64,000 bases of DNA from Klebsormidium nitens (Eukaryota; Plantae; Klebsormidiophyceae): the NCBI GenBank assembly GCA_000708835.1, contig DF236976.1, forward strand, positions 1-64,000, given 5' to 3'. Below the pieces are notes generated by a model, which did no database searches, was not told the DNA's origin, and was given only the letters and a program-made list of their open reading frames with translations. The position numbers and the translations under genes are program-made. This document shows, in pieces, positions 21,324-35,500 of this stretch (position 1 is its first letter; each line of letters opens with the position of its first letter).

Positions 21324-24300
21324 GAAGTCAACCCTGATGGTTACTGCAGCCACGATCCAGTCGAAGAACGTTTGACGGAGGAGAAACGGTTATGTAGCAG
21401 GGCAAAAGCATGCACAATGGAGAGGCTAAGGTAGGACTGAGGTTGACTAATGCGTTTGGATTAACGAGTGAATCGTTGAACGGAAGATTGACTGGCAATC
21501 GATTGGAACGAGTTTGCACCTGAAATGGGAAACGGTTTGCCGAGTCACGACCATGGAGAGAATTGTCAAGAAGCTGTGCCTCTTCGCTTTTTCCAGTCAA
21601 CTGGTGAGTCCAAGCTGGGAAATCCCTATGTCTGGAGTGCCTGTCAGTAATCTCGAAGACGGACGTTCGATCTGTGATCAGTATCCAGTGTATGCTGATC
21701 CTCCTCAAATAACGTCAGCATACACGTCCAAATATAAGCGTATACATGTCAATCCTGGCACAACGACATGGATGCCGATCGACGATAGCACCCTTGATGA
21801 CTTTTCGTGACAGGGTTCCGATACATGACGGGACATGCATGAAATAGGTGCATGTAATCTGCATGATGAGAAGTACCTCGGGCCAATCGGCCAGCAATGT
21901 ACTTAATCAGGGTGGCATGCCAATCGACCATGGCCGCCCGTGATTTTTGCTCATATAGTAGTTATATATAGTTTAGGGTGCCTGTGCAATGCGTACATGC
22001 ATGCATTTCTGCAAGAGCTTTGCGGCTGTCGCCCTCGCCCCCATATGGATACTGCGTGTTTTGTTGAAGCGATGTACCGGTGAGCTTTGTGGAGCGAAGC
22101 ACATACCAAAGCATATGCATCACAAAGTTGACCACTGAGAGGCCGTCGTCTGTATCACTATTGCCGATTAACTGGCTGCTGTACATGGCTTCGTAAATCC
22201 GAGAAAATCCAACGGTTTCCCACTGTAAGTTGTAGATGGCACCGAAAGTACCGGACTGTAGCAAGACGTTTTAGAACATATCATCATCATCAGATTGAAT
22301 GAGTTTCAGGCATAATTTTCTTACTGCATCGGCCAGCATGTCTTTTCTGAGCTACTAGTGTTGTGGTATTTTAATTATACCACCAAGTTGACTAGTACCC
22401 CCACTCTAATACTAATAGGTCTTGCCACAATGAAGCCCACTCCCCACCCCCAAGAAGAGCCCAAATACTGCTGCACTTCCTAGTGTTGTCTGCCCAATGT
22501 GCCGCACTTTAAGTAGGCCTGGCACCTGCACAGTGGACAATCAGGTGTGCGGGTGTCCACTTGAAAACTGGCACATTGAAGCGACAAGAAGGAAGGTACG
22601 GTACATGCTGACGTCACACATCCGTCTACAAAGATAGAATCTGAAGGCTTACCTTGTATCTAAAAGCTTCATATGTACCATAAACGGCGCCTGTAAGAAG
22701 CAGTGTTAGAAGTGTTCAGAGTATGCCTCAGCAGATTGTTCACTGGGTATGGAGGAAATACACGGTTTGAGAGGCCCTGACGTCGAAGGCAGCAAAGCTT
22801 TCCTTCATTCACAGAATCATGCATAAAAGCATGACTCAAAAAGTGCCACCCTTTATTCGCTCCTAGTAGAAGCTCCTGCGAAGCTCATGCTAAAAAAATC
22901 TCAAGTAAAAAAATCAGTCCAACCATACCGCGGTGAGCGAATAGAGGGCGCTGTGGGGCGCAACTGAAGTTCGCAGTATTACAGATAGAAGACACAACGA
23001 AAACCACAATTGTTACAAAGTTCCCATAAGCCGACGGACCTTCTTGTTTGTTGATTTTCCTCATTAGCATTGTCCGTCAAACTATGAACCCAGCGAATCA
23101 GCTAGCGCTAACAAGAATGGTGTTCTCAGATTGTCATTTCTGTCTTGTTAAACCAAATAATTGGTTGGTTTTGTTGTACAGATGGATCACAAACGACCAC
23201 CGTCCCTGACAACATAACGAACAATCACAAGTTGGGTTTGAGAACCAAAAAGCGTGCTTCAAATACAAGTCCCGTCCGAGTATCACCTGTCAGAAGAAGC
23301 AACTATTGTTGTCTGCATTTTGAACCAAACCGGGAAACTCACCAAGTGCGCCGCCAACAGCCCCGCCCATGATAACACCAGACACAACCCTCGTCATGCA
23401 CCGATCCATGCTACCTGCCATCCCGGCCACCAAAGGTTTGCACTTGTGTACAGACTTTCTAAACTAGCAGCACCACTGCAAACCGTTAAGGGCGGTCATA
23501 GGCTGACCTGCGAAAAACCACGCTCACAATCGCAGCTGCTGGGAAGTAATCAAGTAAAGACTGTACAAAGATACCTCATGAATATGGTGTATGTGCACTT
23601 TGCACCCTGCACACTTAGAAGATATGATGGTTTCAACGGGCACACAGAGAGAGTCGTGCAATTCTGGAACCAAATGAGCGCCCTGATCTGCCAGTGCTAC
23701 TGCTGCATATATACCTTTCTTCCCCTGCTGCATGGCCTCTGGACCGTGGTGGCGCTGTGCTGTCAATAATTCTAGAGGAAACCGGACCAATTCGATCAGC
23801 AGGGGGGCCTTTTTGCAGTGAAGCGGGCCCCCTGACAGTGATGGCGAGAGTGATCGAGGTGATCACTCTAGACGGGGCCCACTGTTCAAACACCTGAGGC
23901 TGAAACACATGCTACTACTAGCCTCTAGGTATCCTGGATTTCCGTAACCGCCTCTTCAGACCAGCCCTGAGGCTGAACCTGAGCAGCTCTGGCAAGCTTC
24001 TCAAGAACTTCGCGGCTTGGGTCTTCGCAACAACCAGTTGGGAGCAGAGGCCAGCCGCCAGAGGCGCAGCTCAGCTTCATGCAGTGGACGTTGGCAGAAG
24101 TGTAGCTGGCTGTCGGCTTTTATTGAAATCCCTTCTCTTATTCGTGAGCAATAAGCAGCTGCAAATGTGATAGCAGCCCGTTGCTTCTTTGTTTGGGTCC
24201 CCTTGGGATCTGATTCGTATAAGAAGTTGCACGGTCAGGGCAACGGGGCCTGTTCAGAAGTTAAGCGCACAAAGTTGCAGTTTGCTCCTTCAAGTCAGAA

Positions 24301-24495
24301 GGACAGGCCCAACATTCTTGCCGCTTCGTCATCTGTCGCCGGATCTTAGTCCTTCGAAAAAAAAGCTGTGATACACGGAGTTTGGCTTCAAATTAGCCAT
24401 GCATCTGAGACTCTGAGCCTGAAGTCATCCCCTGACCTCTTACACTAGAAAGCTTGCAATATTTGTGGTAAATTAGCATTCCCAGCTCAAAAGAC

Positions 24496-27400
24496 ATGAT
24501 GGCTTCTGGCTTGGATTCCGTGTTGGAGCCGAGCACAAGCGGGGCTGGAATTGTGGCAATGGACACGGGTCTTTCTCATCAGAGATTTCCCTCTTCCAAA
24601 ATGAAAATAGACGAACTCTTCATTCAGTGGCTGTCGCTACCAGACTCTCAAAAGTTGGTAAGTGGTCAACCTGCTCAGTCGTCCCTATTTCGATGAATAT
24701 TCGATTTTGTGTGAAGCAGTCAGGGTGCTTATGCTTCAACAAATCTCACGGGCGAGGTTGTCCGAGATAGTCCATGAGATCAGAGCTCGTCACGGTTGAC
24801 TTTTATGATGATTTGCAGTTCCTGCAGAGCGACATTTAGCTCTATGTTTGAGGTAGGTGTTGGTCCTAGTAGCCAGCTCTTGCACCGTACAAATATCAGG
24901 ACAGGTTTTGAGCTTTTTGACTCTGGTTATATCTCTACAATCTTTGGGGTTGTCTATGGTGGAGGTTGAGTCTTAGCACAGACCGGAGGTTAGAGGCACC
25001 ATATATGTCCAATCTGTGATGTAATTCAATCCGAAGGGTTGGTGATTATTAGAGCCCCTACATCTTCAGCAATCCTTGTGCTTCTTTGTTCCGCGGAGGG
25101 TTCATTCTCAACAAATGTCTTCTCAACTATCTCGGGTCTGACCTGTGCAATGACACCTGTGTTTTATTGTAGATGTCAATTCCAGAGCACTTATATCGAG
25201 CGCACTTGATTAGGGTTCTCTCTTTTGGATACTGTCTGCCTTCCCAACTTTACTTATCTGGCCCTGCACCTATGGGGTTCAGATGTGCACAAGCGGTTTT
25301 GGCAAAACTATATCTCCTAGTGATCATTTCAAGGCATGGCATCTTTGCAACACTGAAAAAGAATAGAGGTACAAGCAACTTTTGCAAGCAGCTACGTTGG
25401 TCAGCTCTGCATCTAGTTTACCGCCAGAGCTTCAGGCGCTGCTGGTTTACCTCTTGTCTTTCGATTTGAGCAGGTGTTGTCCCTACTGGAGGATGCAAAA
25501 GCCGGCCTTCCTTTGGTTGGCCCATCCTCGAGCTCTTCCTTCAGTCCTGGAAGCTCCACCCCCCTCTCCCCGTCATCAGCGCAGGCCCTGTTTGCGGCTT
25601 CAACCACACCCCCTCTTTCTCCCAAGAGCTCTGCCGGCTCCCCGCTGTCGCCTAGGTCGCCTATGCGGAGGGCACCATTTGGACATGCAGGCAGCCCTCT
25701 GAAGAAAGCGAGCGAGCCCCTACAGGAACGAATCCCACAGGTGCAATCGTCTGACTGGCTGACCGCCACTGTCTCCACATCCCTTCGATGTTGCAGCAAT
25801 GTAACGGAAGATTAGGGTATGTATGTAGTCTATCTGGAGCAAACCCCTCTTTTAGCTGCAGTGAAGGCCACGATCCAAGCGCTCTGTTGAGGCAATTGAT
25901 CACGACAAGAAAAAGTCAGATATTGGTTGGTCACCAGTGTGTTCGGTAAATGTTGTTCCGCATCATGACCCTTGATCCTGCACACGCTCTTGCAGTTCTA
26001 TTTCCCGAAAGGTGCCCCCCTGACAGAGAAGCAGCAAGTGGAGTTGCAAGCAGAGATAGACGGCATCTGGATTCCTCATCCTGAGGGCCTTCCTCTCCAA
26101 GGTGGGGACCCGCCATTGCTGCATGTGGTCGGTATTCCTTTTCTCTGTTGGTGAATTATCTGCATCCATGAAGATTCGCCATCGTGGCTGGAAGGCAGGG
26201 CTTTCCCTCTGCAGTTACTAGTCGTTCTCAGGCACCTCTATCAACTTCTATGTTGGCGCTTTGATTGGTCTCACTGGTTGCGTCCTCGGGCCTTGTCCAG
26301 CGTTCATGGATGTCACCAAGAACGTGTGCCGCCTTCCCTCCTTCTTCAACGGCGTGCTCTTCAAAAAGCTCGAGAAAGAGGGCTCCAACGTGGTCACGAA
26401 GCAAGACTTCCTGCACTTCTGGGTGTCGGAGTCGTTGGTTGACGCCGACCAGAACACCCGGCTCTTTGCTGTCCTCAAGCAACCCGGAAAGAACCACCTC
26501 ACCCAGGTACAGCCTACCCCCGGTTATATCCGCTCAATCCATGGTTTGACATCCTTGAAAGTCGACACCGTCGATTCAGCACATCACGTCTGCCATCAAA
26601 TTTTGAGCTTGTCTTTAATGGTGCTTTATCTAATACGGAAGCCTCTGCTCGCCATTGCTCGATGTATTCTGCGTCTATGTCGAGCCTGTCTTTTGGCTTC
26701 GTCAGGACGACTTCAAGCCAGTGCTGCGGGAGCTTCTGGCGAGCCACCCGGGCCTCGAGTTCCTCCACGACACCCCCGAGTTCCAGGAGCGTTATGCGGA
26801 GACAGTCATCTATCGAATCTTCTACACCGTAAACCGCTCGGGGAGCGGGAACATTACGCTGCGGGAGCTCAAGAGAAGCAACCTGCTGGCGGCCATGCAG
26901 CTCGTGGACGTGGAGGAGGACATCAACAAGGTCTTGAAGTCAGTCATCGGACTTGCTCAGTGCCACCATGCTCAGTGCCACCATTCTTGTTTCTACCCGC
27001 AGTTACTTCTAAGACGAGACTGGCATTTCTTCTCGTTCTGCTACACTTGTGGTGCATGGTTCTTGAACAGCTGGGTTATGGTGCTGCATCATCGTTACGT
27101 AGGCCTGCAGCGTGCTTCAGATACGTTCTTGTTGCTACTGCACAATCAAGCTCTGGCCCGAGACCCTCTGCGTCGAATCCACTTTGAAGAGGTGCTTTCG
27201 TAGGCCAGCTCTGTAGTCCCTGCTCAGCGCATACCGGTTGAGCCGTGTTTAACCTTGGCGTTCATCCGGATGCAGATATTTCTCGTACGAGCACTTCTAC
27301 GTCATTTACTGCAAATTCTGGGAGCTGGACAGCGACCACGACTTCCTGATAGATAAAGAGGACTTGCTACGATACGGGAACCACGCACTGACGTACCGAA

Positions 27401-28781
27401 TAGTGGACCGGATCTTCGCACAGGTACTGTCACGCTGACTTTGTGCCTTGTCACGCGATTTTCCGAGGCTGATGTCAGCTTCGGTCCGGTCTGCCGTGCA
27501 CGGTTTGCCAACTGGACCCTCCGTTTCCATGACCATGACGACAGCTTCCGACTGGTATCAGCGAACTTTTTTTCCTGCTTTTGCGTGTCAAGCGGACCTG
27601 CATAGTCCCAGTTGCTGGACAGTTACTTCTCGATTCCCGTCCTGCCTTTCCAAGGGCGTCAAGACCACTTGCGTTGACCACAGTGAGTCCATCGTCTTTT
27701 GTAGAAGTAAGCAAAGACATGCACCCCCAAGTTTGAATCTTTTCCCGAGTCTCCCTATCTTTCTCCTGCGGTACCAAACGTCGCTCGACCTGTCGTTTCC
27801 TAAGCCGGCCTAACTTTGGTACAACGCTTCAAAGCCATACACGTGCGGCCTCCAAAGCCTCTCCTCTTGCAACTCCGTCCCCCAGGTCCCCCGGCGCTTC
27901 ACGAGCGGCGTGCCGGGCAAGATGAGCTACGAGGACTTTGTGTGGTTCATCCTGTCGGAGGAGGACAAGACGACGGAGCTGAGCCTGGAGTACTGGTTCA
28001 AGTGCGTGGACCTGGACTGCGACGGCCGGATCACGCCCAACGAGATGCAGTACTTCTACGAGGAGCAGCTGCACCGCATGGAGTGCATGGCGCAGGAGCC
28101 CGTGCTCTTTGAGGACATCGTCTGCCAGATGGCCGACATGATAAACCCAGAGGTGCGGATCCCCGCGGGACGGGGGCTCCGTTCATGAGTTCAGCTTGGA
28201 AATTGAACGTTGTGCAGAGCAGCGAAAGCCGGTTCGTTGGAAACGTTGATTACAAGGTGTATCTCCCTGTTGGCTCAGATGTCACAGTTTCTGATTGCTG
28301 GGGTCGTGTATTCTGTGGCCACAAAAAGCGTCTCAGGCCTTCTGATACAGTTTCGTGCCTTGTCATCTTACGTGGGGCCAATTTGATGTGCCGAGCATGT
28401 TCATGCTGGCTGCTTCTTTTGTAGTTTCTAACTCTTGGCACAGACACTTGTGATGGTTCTGATGGAGGCCTTTGGATTCAAGTCAAATGACGTGGTACTG
28501 TCGTTGTCTTGCAGGTGGAGGGCGTGTTGACATTGAGGGACTTGAAGCACTGCAAGCTGTCCGGAAACTTCTTCAACATCCTCTTCAACCTCAACAAGTT
28601 TGTAGCTTTCGAAACCCGGGACCCCTTCTTGATCCGACAAGAACGAGAAGACCCGACATTAACCGAATGGGATAGATTTGCACGGCAGGAGTACATACGG
28701 CTCTCCATGGAAGACGAGGGGGAGGAAACGTCGAATGGCAGCGCGGAAGTCTGGGACGAGTCGCTAGAGGCGCCTTTTTGA
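24496..28781 (+). CDS. Protein phosphatase 2A regulatory subunit B'' (PPP2R3 family, EF-hand; ~551 aa, 8 exons)
   Basis: Exons 24496-24657, 25474-25740, 25996-26101, 26301-26506, 26706-26938, 27276-27423, 27886-28152, 28515-28781 join in frame. Motifs [40 protein letters not shown]-hand DLDCDGRIT and C-terminal WDESLEAPF*. Confidence 0.95.
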
Positions 28782-29598
28782 GAGTGAACAAGAAGTGGCT
28801 TTGCGTAAGACCACTGCGCAGGCTTGTTCGGAACCAGCTAGCAACGCTTATGCCCTACTGCAATGTTCTTATGATTCAACATGCCGGATGAGTGATGGCC
28901 GCTAGCATGCAGCAAGCACTTGAGGCCTTTGCTGTGTTCTGCAGAGAGCTGTGCTGCATTGTGTGATGCTGACATGGATCGACCGTCACTCTCAAGTCCT
29001 TCAACTGTCGTCAGTTGTCGAACAAGGTGTAAGTGGCATTGCCATGGAGGTCGATGCATTGCAAATGATTATATTATATTTCATGCGCACAGCTCATCTT
29101 CAGGTGTCACGCAACAATGATTGAAGTCGATGGGCTTCTAGCGGTTGTTGCGATCGAACATGCACATGCTCAGTTGAGCGACTAGTATAAACGTCTGTGC
29201 GCTACTTTGCACGCATATATGATATGATTTTGCGGTGCATGCGGATCATGCTTATATGGATAAGCTGAAAAGGTCATGTGCATACGCAGCAACGCGGCCG
29301 CGGCCCTCATGCAATTAACCGGGTGCCGCTGCCGCGTGCAGCAATTTTGTATACTGTTGCATGGCTGCAATCGAGAGTTTTACCCAGACTAGAGCTTGCG
29401 GATTGATCATGGGCACAATCTCGATCGAATGTATAGGCGGCTGCAAGAAACATGGTTCATGGTAGCTAGCTCGATGGTAAGCAGGAGCCCAGCAATTAAA
29501 CAGTGGCGTCTCTTCTCCGAAGAAAAGGGCATTCTATCATTGTGATACCATCGAGAACCACAACTCAGTTTGACAAACCTGTTGCATGATGGACAAAA

Positions 29599-32500
29599 TT
29601 ACCACTCATAGTACCATCCAGTATCCAGTGAGTGCACGAGGTCGCCGTCTGCTTTCGTTTGCCCAAACTGCCTATGCGCGGCCATTATCTCCCACACTAT
29701 GCGTGCCCCGCTCGCCGACCCCGCAAACACAGCATAATCCGCCTCCTCTGCCGCAAGTGTCAATTCTGCTACATAGTGTTGCATGATCTGGTTCCTCTGC
29801 GGGCATGGCACGTTCAGATGGCTTTGGTGCACCGTGATGGGGTCCAGTTCCACCAGAGGATTGTACATCACTTGCCGTTCCGAGTCCGTGAAGCCGAGAT
29901 CGGTCGCGTTTGCGGCCGCCTGCCGGAGAACGCTCGCGGTGTCGGTAAAGAGGAAGACGCTCGGCCAGTGGATGCCCCAGTCCGCCTCGAGCTTTTCCAC
30001 TGCCCTGCCGTAATCCCCCAGGTCCCGGAACCGGTGATGCTCGCGGAAGAAACCGTCGCCCCACCCCCTGCAAAGCGCCAGCTGACGTCAGCTTTGGTGC
30101 ATCACCAAACAAAGCCAAACCTACGACTTCGCGGTGTCCGAGGAGAAAGTCAAGGACGGACGAGGTTTCCGTTTAACCGGCAGACTGCATCACCTCCTCT
30201 GTCCGGATGCAGGAATACACCGACTGCTGACAAGCGCCAAGGCATCCCCCGACCTCGTTTCCTTCACGATTCGTAAGAGCGACAACTCCTCCAATGCGCG
30301 AGTGTCCGTCCAAGAGCAGACCGAGGCCATTTGATTCTTCCGTGCCCACAAACTTTCTGCTGATGTGCGAAGCAGGGATAGCCGGAATCAACACGAAATC
30401 TCGTTGGCGGACGCCTCACCTGTCCGTTCTCCTGACGTGCACAGCCACGGTGGGCTCTCTCCTGTCGGGCCACGCGCACTTGATTGCGTCAGTAATCTCG
30501 CGTACGCGCGCCTGCGGCCGCCACATCCACTGGGTCGTGATGGACCACAGCATGAAGTGCAGGTCCAAGAACGGGGCCCCGTGGACGTCGCCCCCGCCCT
30601 CCAGCCGCAGATTGCCTGAGCCAGAGTAACAAACACGGTAGAAACGGGGCCTCTGAATAATGGGCATCGTTGACAGAACCCATGGAAGGGGAACGTGGGC
30701 TCCAGTTTTCGTGTCGGACCCCCCATACTAGTTGGTCCTCTGTGCGCGAGCGCTCCTCAAAAGACTAGGGCTGCCACGTGTAATTCGTAATTCCCCATGA
30801 TAACGTAACCTCAATTGGTCCCCGGTTGACCGACCGATCGGACGATCCTAGGATCCTAACCGGGGGCTCGGCGCCTGACAGACGTCTAAGACCGAGACCC
30901 CCGGAAAGAGACAAGAGACCGGCTGACCAGGAAAGTTAAACCACTCTTCTCATTCGCGCGCTGAGGGTACTAAGCGGTGTGGGGGTCCAGAATGAAAACG
31001 GGGGTCCAGAATGAAAAATGGAGTCCACGTTCTCCTTCCACGGGTTCTGACAATAGGAGCCAGGGTCTGAGAAGGTGGTCGGAGATCATAGTCTGGTGGC
31101 TATTGGGGTAGATTAGACGACGGAGGGAGGTTTAGTATTCTTGCTCGGGCTTGCGTTTCAGCGATGCAAAATTACCGTAAGGCCAAACTCTAGAATGCAG
31201 AGTTTTTAACTCACAGTGCCAAACGTATGGCTGTCAATGATCCCGACTTCGTCAAGCTCTGGCTTCAACACCGGCTGAGAACGAGAACTTACTCACACTC
31301 CCTCGAGACTGCTTCATAGTGCTCACCTGCCACGATGAGATTCTCGAGGAAGGCCTCCCACCACGTGGGCTCCACCCACGACTCCCCCCGGTCGACAAAC
31401 CCGCTCGGCGTCGGGACGACCGTCTCCAGCCGAACGACCCGCTTCTGCGCCGCCTCCGCTGACGTCACCATTGCCCCCTGCCACGTCAGCGTGACCTCGG
31501 AGTCGCCCACGCTCGGGGCATCGTACTTGCAACCGGAGAGGGGCTCGAAGAGCGTTTCGAGCGTTTCAAGGACGCAGGCACCGCTATCGGACGGCTGCTG
31601 TGGAGCTTCCGAAGAATCGACGACGAGGGTGCGCCCGAGGGAGACCGCCAGGAGGAGTGCCATTTGATATGAGTGGAAGTTGAGGGCAACGCCTGCAGAA
31701 GAAAAGATCGGGAATTACAACAAAGAAGTGGCAGAAGGAATGTAGCTCAGAGCAGTACGACGAAGTAGTTCAGAGCAGTAGGAGAGTAGAGCCAAAGAGT
31801 GGAGGGCATGCAAAGGGCGGGCGTGAGAATCGAAGAACAAACGCTTGTTTGTTTGATTGTATGGAGGTGGACTCAATTTCGGTAGTAGGAAAAAGTACCA
31901 ATCGATGCCAAAGCAAGAAGTCCCTCAGGATCGCTCATGAACAATGAAAGAAGCATTAATCAACTGCCTTACAACATTGGCAGTGACTTACAACTACACA
32001 TAACAATTACAACAATTGTTCTACGGACTCGCGAGAGCCAGGCAATCAGATCTACTGACTGACTGACTCATTGACTGACTGACTGACTGACTTGACTAAC
32101 TGACTGCCCTTGATCAAGAAAGTGCACTGACCCACCTTGATTGTGCGGCCTGGTCATCAGCCACCGAGCATTTTCGCAGTCCTCTGGGAACTGCGTCCGA
32201 TCTAGTTCCTCGTACACCAACTTCTCGACCGTGTTGCTCCATCTCAGAGTGCCACCTGGCAGCCCGGGGCCCGCGCTCGCGCCCAGCGGGTTAACCAATC
32301 CACCCCCCGTGGTAGAGTGCACAACCGGCCCCAGTGGCCCGGTTTGCGTAACCCGCTTACGGGCGCTGATGACCTGGGCGGCTAACCTGCCTACGTTGGA
32401 CCGTGAGGAGATAATTGCGTAGTCGGACAGCCGTGAAAGGATGAGCGCGTTCGCTAGCGCGCGGTCCTCGGCGTGCCGGCGAGCCTCGGGCCCGGACCAG

Positions 32501-35500
32501 TCCTGGCCGCTCTCCGGACGTCCAAACAAATCCCCCGTCTCTAGTTCCTTACTCGCGCCAGCTTTCTGGAGAGGAGAATCTGAAGTTTCTACAGGCGGCT
32601 TGCTGTCGACGGCGTCGACTTGGCTCAGCTTTCGGCGAGACGCAGGAAAGCTTCTCAGCCTCGCATGATCAAACGGAGTCGCCATCTCTATTGCTGTTAT
32701 TAGACCGAGACCCTTCTTAGGTCCTTGAACTCTATCAATCAATTGGTGGCCGAGTGAGGAAAGTACTCGGCACAAGCGGACTAAGCTCCTACAAGTAACA
32801 GAGTCGTTGGAGCTCAGACTCCCACAATGTGTACCGCTAAACGCCTCTGACACTCTGTTGTACAAAGTAGAAAGTCCGCTTCTATTAACTTTGTCTCTCT
32901 GCCCTACCCCTGCATCAGACACCCCACTAACTGCACCGTTTCCAGGTCGGCTACTCGACGACCACAACTCTCTCCGACTTTCATCTCCGCCCGGTAAGCC
33001 TCCTCCGAGCTTCTGCCGTAGCCGCCTCTGCTTGCCAAAACCGCCCAGGGGGGTCCCCCGGCCTCTCAACCCCCTTCGAACGACGACGTCACTCTTGTCC
33101 GCCGCTAGCTGGTCGTAAAGGATGTTAGAGGCCGCGGCCACGCCGAGCGTGTCCGATTTCTCAATCAGCTCTTCTAAGAAAAAGTCCGAGTCGGTGATGA
33201 CGAAGGACGAATTCCAGGAGTGGCCCGCATTGTCGGCACCGGTTTTAAACGCCCACTGAAGCAAGACGAGAAGGAACTCTTCAGAGTTTGTTTCGTCTCC
33301 ACTTGTTGTAAAAGCAAGCTGCATCTACAGTGAATTGCCATCGCCGAGGATGGCATAAGCATTGCGGCCCAAACAAAGGGAAACAAACCAGCAGCTGTGC
33401 CAAGGACAGTTGCGAAGGGCAGTATCCAAGCTTATAGAGCATCTTGCAAGGAAGGGAAGCGCACAAACGCAGCAAAAATAAAGCAATGCTCAAGTCAGCC
33501 TCGGAAGACTTTTACACGAACGTTGCCAACCCCTGATCTGCTTGCAACAGTACCGAACGTTTCAGTCTGCCGGAGTGGACTAGACAAACACAAAAAGAAA
33601 GAAAGTAATCATTCCTTGTGCATTCCTCACCCGCAGATCCTTGATGAGTCGCCCCATCTTCTTCCCGTCGTACGCCAGCACGTCTACCTGGCCAAGGTCC
33701 CCAAACCTCTCCGGGCCCCCGCCATACCCGGTGCGCATCTCCAGGCCCAGAACGGGGTACTTCGTCCCCCCCTGCTGCGCTAAAATCGCCGCTGCCTGAT
33801 CCTCAATCCTCCCCACCGGCTTGAACATCCAGTCCGAGACAACGCTGAACACCATCGCTTCGATGTGTTCTGGGCTGGCTTGGCCCCCCCCCACGACCGT
33901 GACGTCGCCTGTGGCGGCAAGACGCTCCCACAGGGCCGAGAGCCACTCATGTTTGTACGGCTGTTCGTTGGGGTAGTCTGCACACGAGGGAGGACCTACG
34001 AAGTTATGACAAAAGAGCCGAACATGACGGAACTGCTTGTGCCCCATCGGTACTTCATTCGGAATGAATGCCTCCTGACATAATGCGATGTCGATACCTC
34101 AGTTTGCATCCAACCAGAGACTTGGTACTTAGAAACAGCTCGCAAGCTGACTTGCACAGCACAGATTGTATCAGCAAAGCTTTCCAGAAGAAGTTTCCCA
34201 CATTCGAAAGAAACTCTATCCCGCTTCCACCCCCGCACCCTCACAATACCCCGCAGAATACTTGCTGCGCACAAGATACTATCCAGCGGACACAACCCAA
34301 CTGAGCGGATGTCAAGAGCGACTCACGTGGTCCATACGGTATGAGCGTCAGCAACTGGTCTCCCCAGTCCCCTCTCACCACCTTCCCCATATCACGGTGC
34401 AGAAAGTCGCGCCCGTGTGTGTACTCATAAAATGCGTCCCCAAATCGGACTAGACGCTCCGGTTCATTGTATAGGGAACACTTCGTGAAAGGCTGGAAGT
34501 AACAGTGCAGGCTCTTGTCGCGACAGGTGGCATAAGGCAGCATGGGGCTGTCATGGATCGGAACGACTGTGTAGCCGAGCGAGGCGCCAAAGACGAGGAG
34601 CGCCAGGAAGTTCTGGTACTCGTACAGGACGTCTGGGGGAGGGACAACGAGCTTTTATTGAGTATCGGTTTCTCCGGACGGAGCGTGAACTGTAGACAAG
34701 ATCTCTCGAGATCGATGATGGTGACCTGCTTAATTCCTAATTTGGAGATGTTGAAAGAAGTTCTAGTGTGCTGACATTGATCACCTCTTATCAAATGATG
34801 ATCGGTACTACTTCTCACGAACTAAACGACCTCACAACCAACTACTGATTGAAAAGGCTTGACCACTGCTGGGGAGCCCTGCTGTTTGCAAACTGACTGC
34901 AGCTATCAGAGTTCGTAAAGGGCCTCTTAATGGGTAGCCACACGATGGTGACAAATCCGTACGCAGGGCCCAAAATCCCACCCGGCCAGGCGGCACTTCA
35001 GTTGTCACAACCACCGGTCCAATCTTGAACACGGAAGGGGGAGACTTCCAGTCTGTTGGAACTCCACCGACTTGCTACCGTACTCACGAACTTCGTTGGT
35101 CTGCATTGATCCAGTCCTACTCCAGCTAAAATCTGAGCAAGAGCACAATCAAACACAGGCCACCTTGGTGGCCTGAATTTGCCGTTTGAGGGCGACCAAA
35201 ATAACGGAGGCACTTGCTCTCAGACACCTACACATATGAGTTTAGGGTTTGGCAGAACTAAACCTCACCATCGCTCAGCTGCTGGATTGCTAGCCACTTG
35301 GTGGAGCTGCAGTTTTCAGGAAACTGCACCCTCACAATCTCCCCGACGATGACGTCCGCTGCCGCCTGAGTCCAGGTAATACTCCCTGCCTCCAGCTTCT
35401 TCGCATCCAACGGCACCGTCTGTACATCCCTGTACCACTCTGGACCGGAAGCGACATCGTTGGCCCCACATCCTGGCCCCGTGCACGTTAGGAGCTGCTT

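Noticed and set aside
21514-22264. Two ~100-aa ORFs downstream of FBPase
   Set aside because: No recognisable domain and no consistent splice model. At most these are degraded fragments.
22885-24080. Possible small spliced gene on the minus strand upstream of PP2A B''
   Set aside because: Some exon-like pieces exist (e.g. ~23774-23575), but joining them needs an implausibly short intron or a frameshift, and no homology was recognised.
24496-28781. TON2/FASS identity for the B'' subunit
   Set aside because: The length (~551 aa), Ser/Pro-rich N-terminal region, IDELF.QWLS and WDESLEAPF end fit the general plant B'' alpha-type clade as I recall it. No specific symbol is given without a phylogeny.
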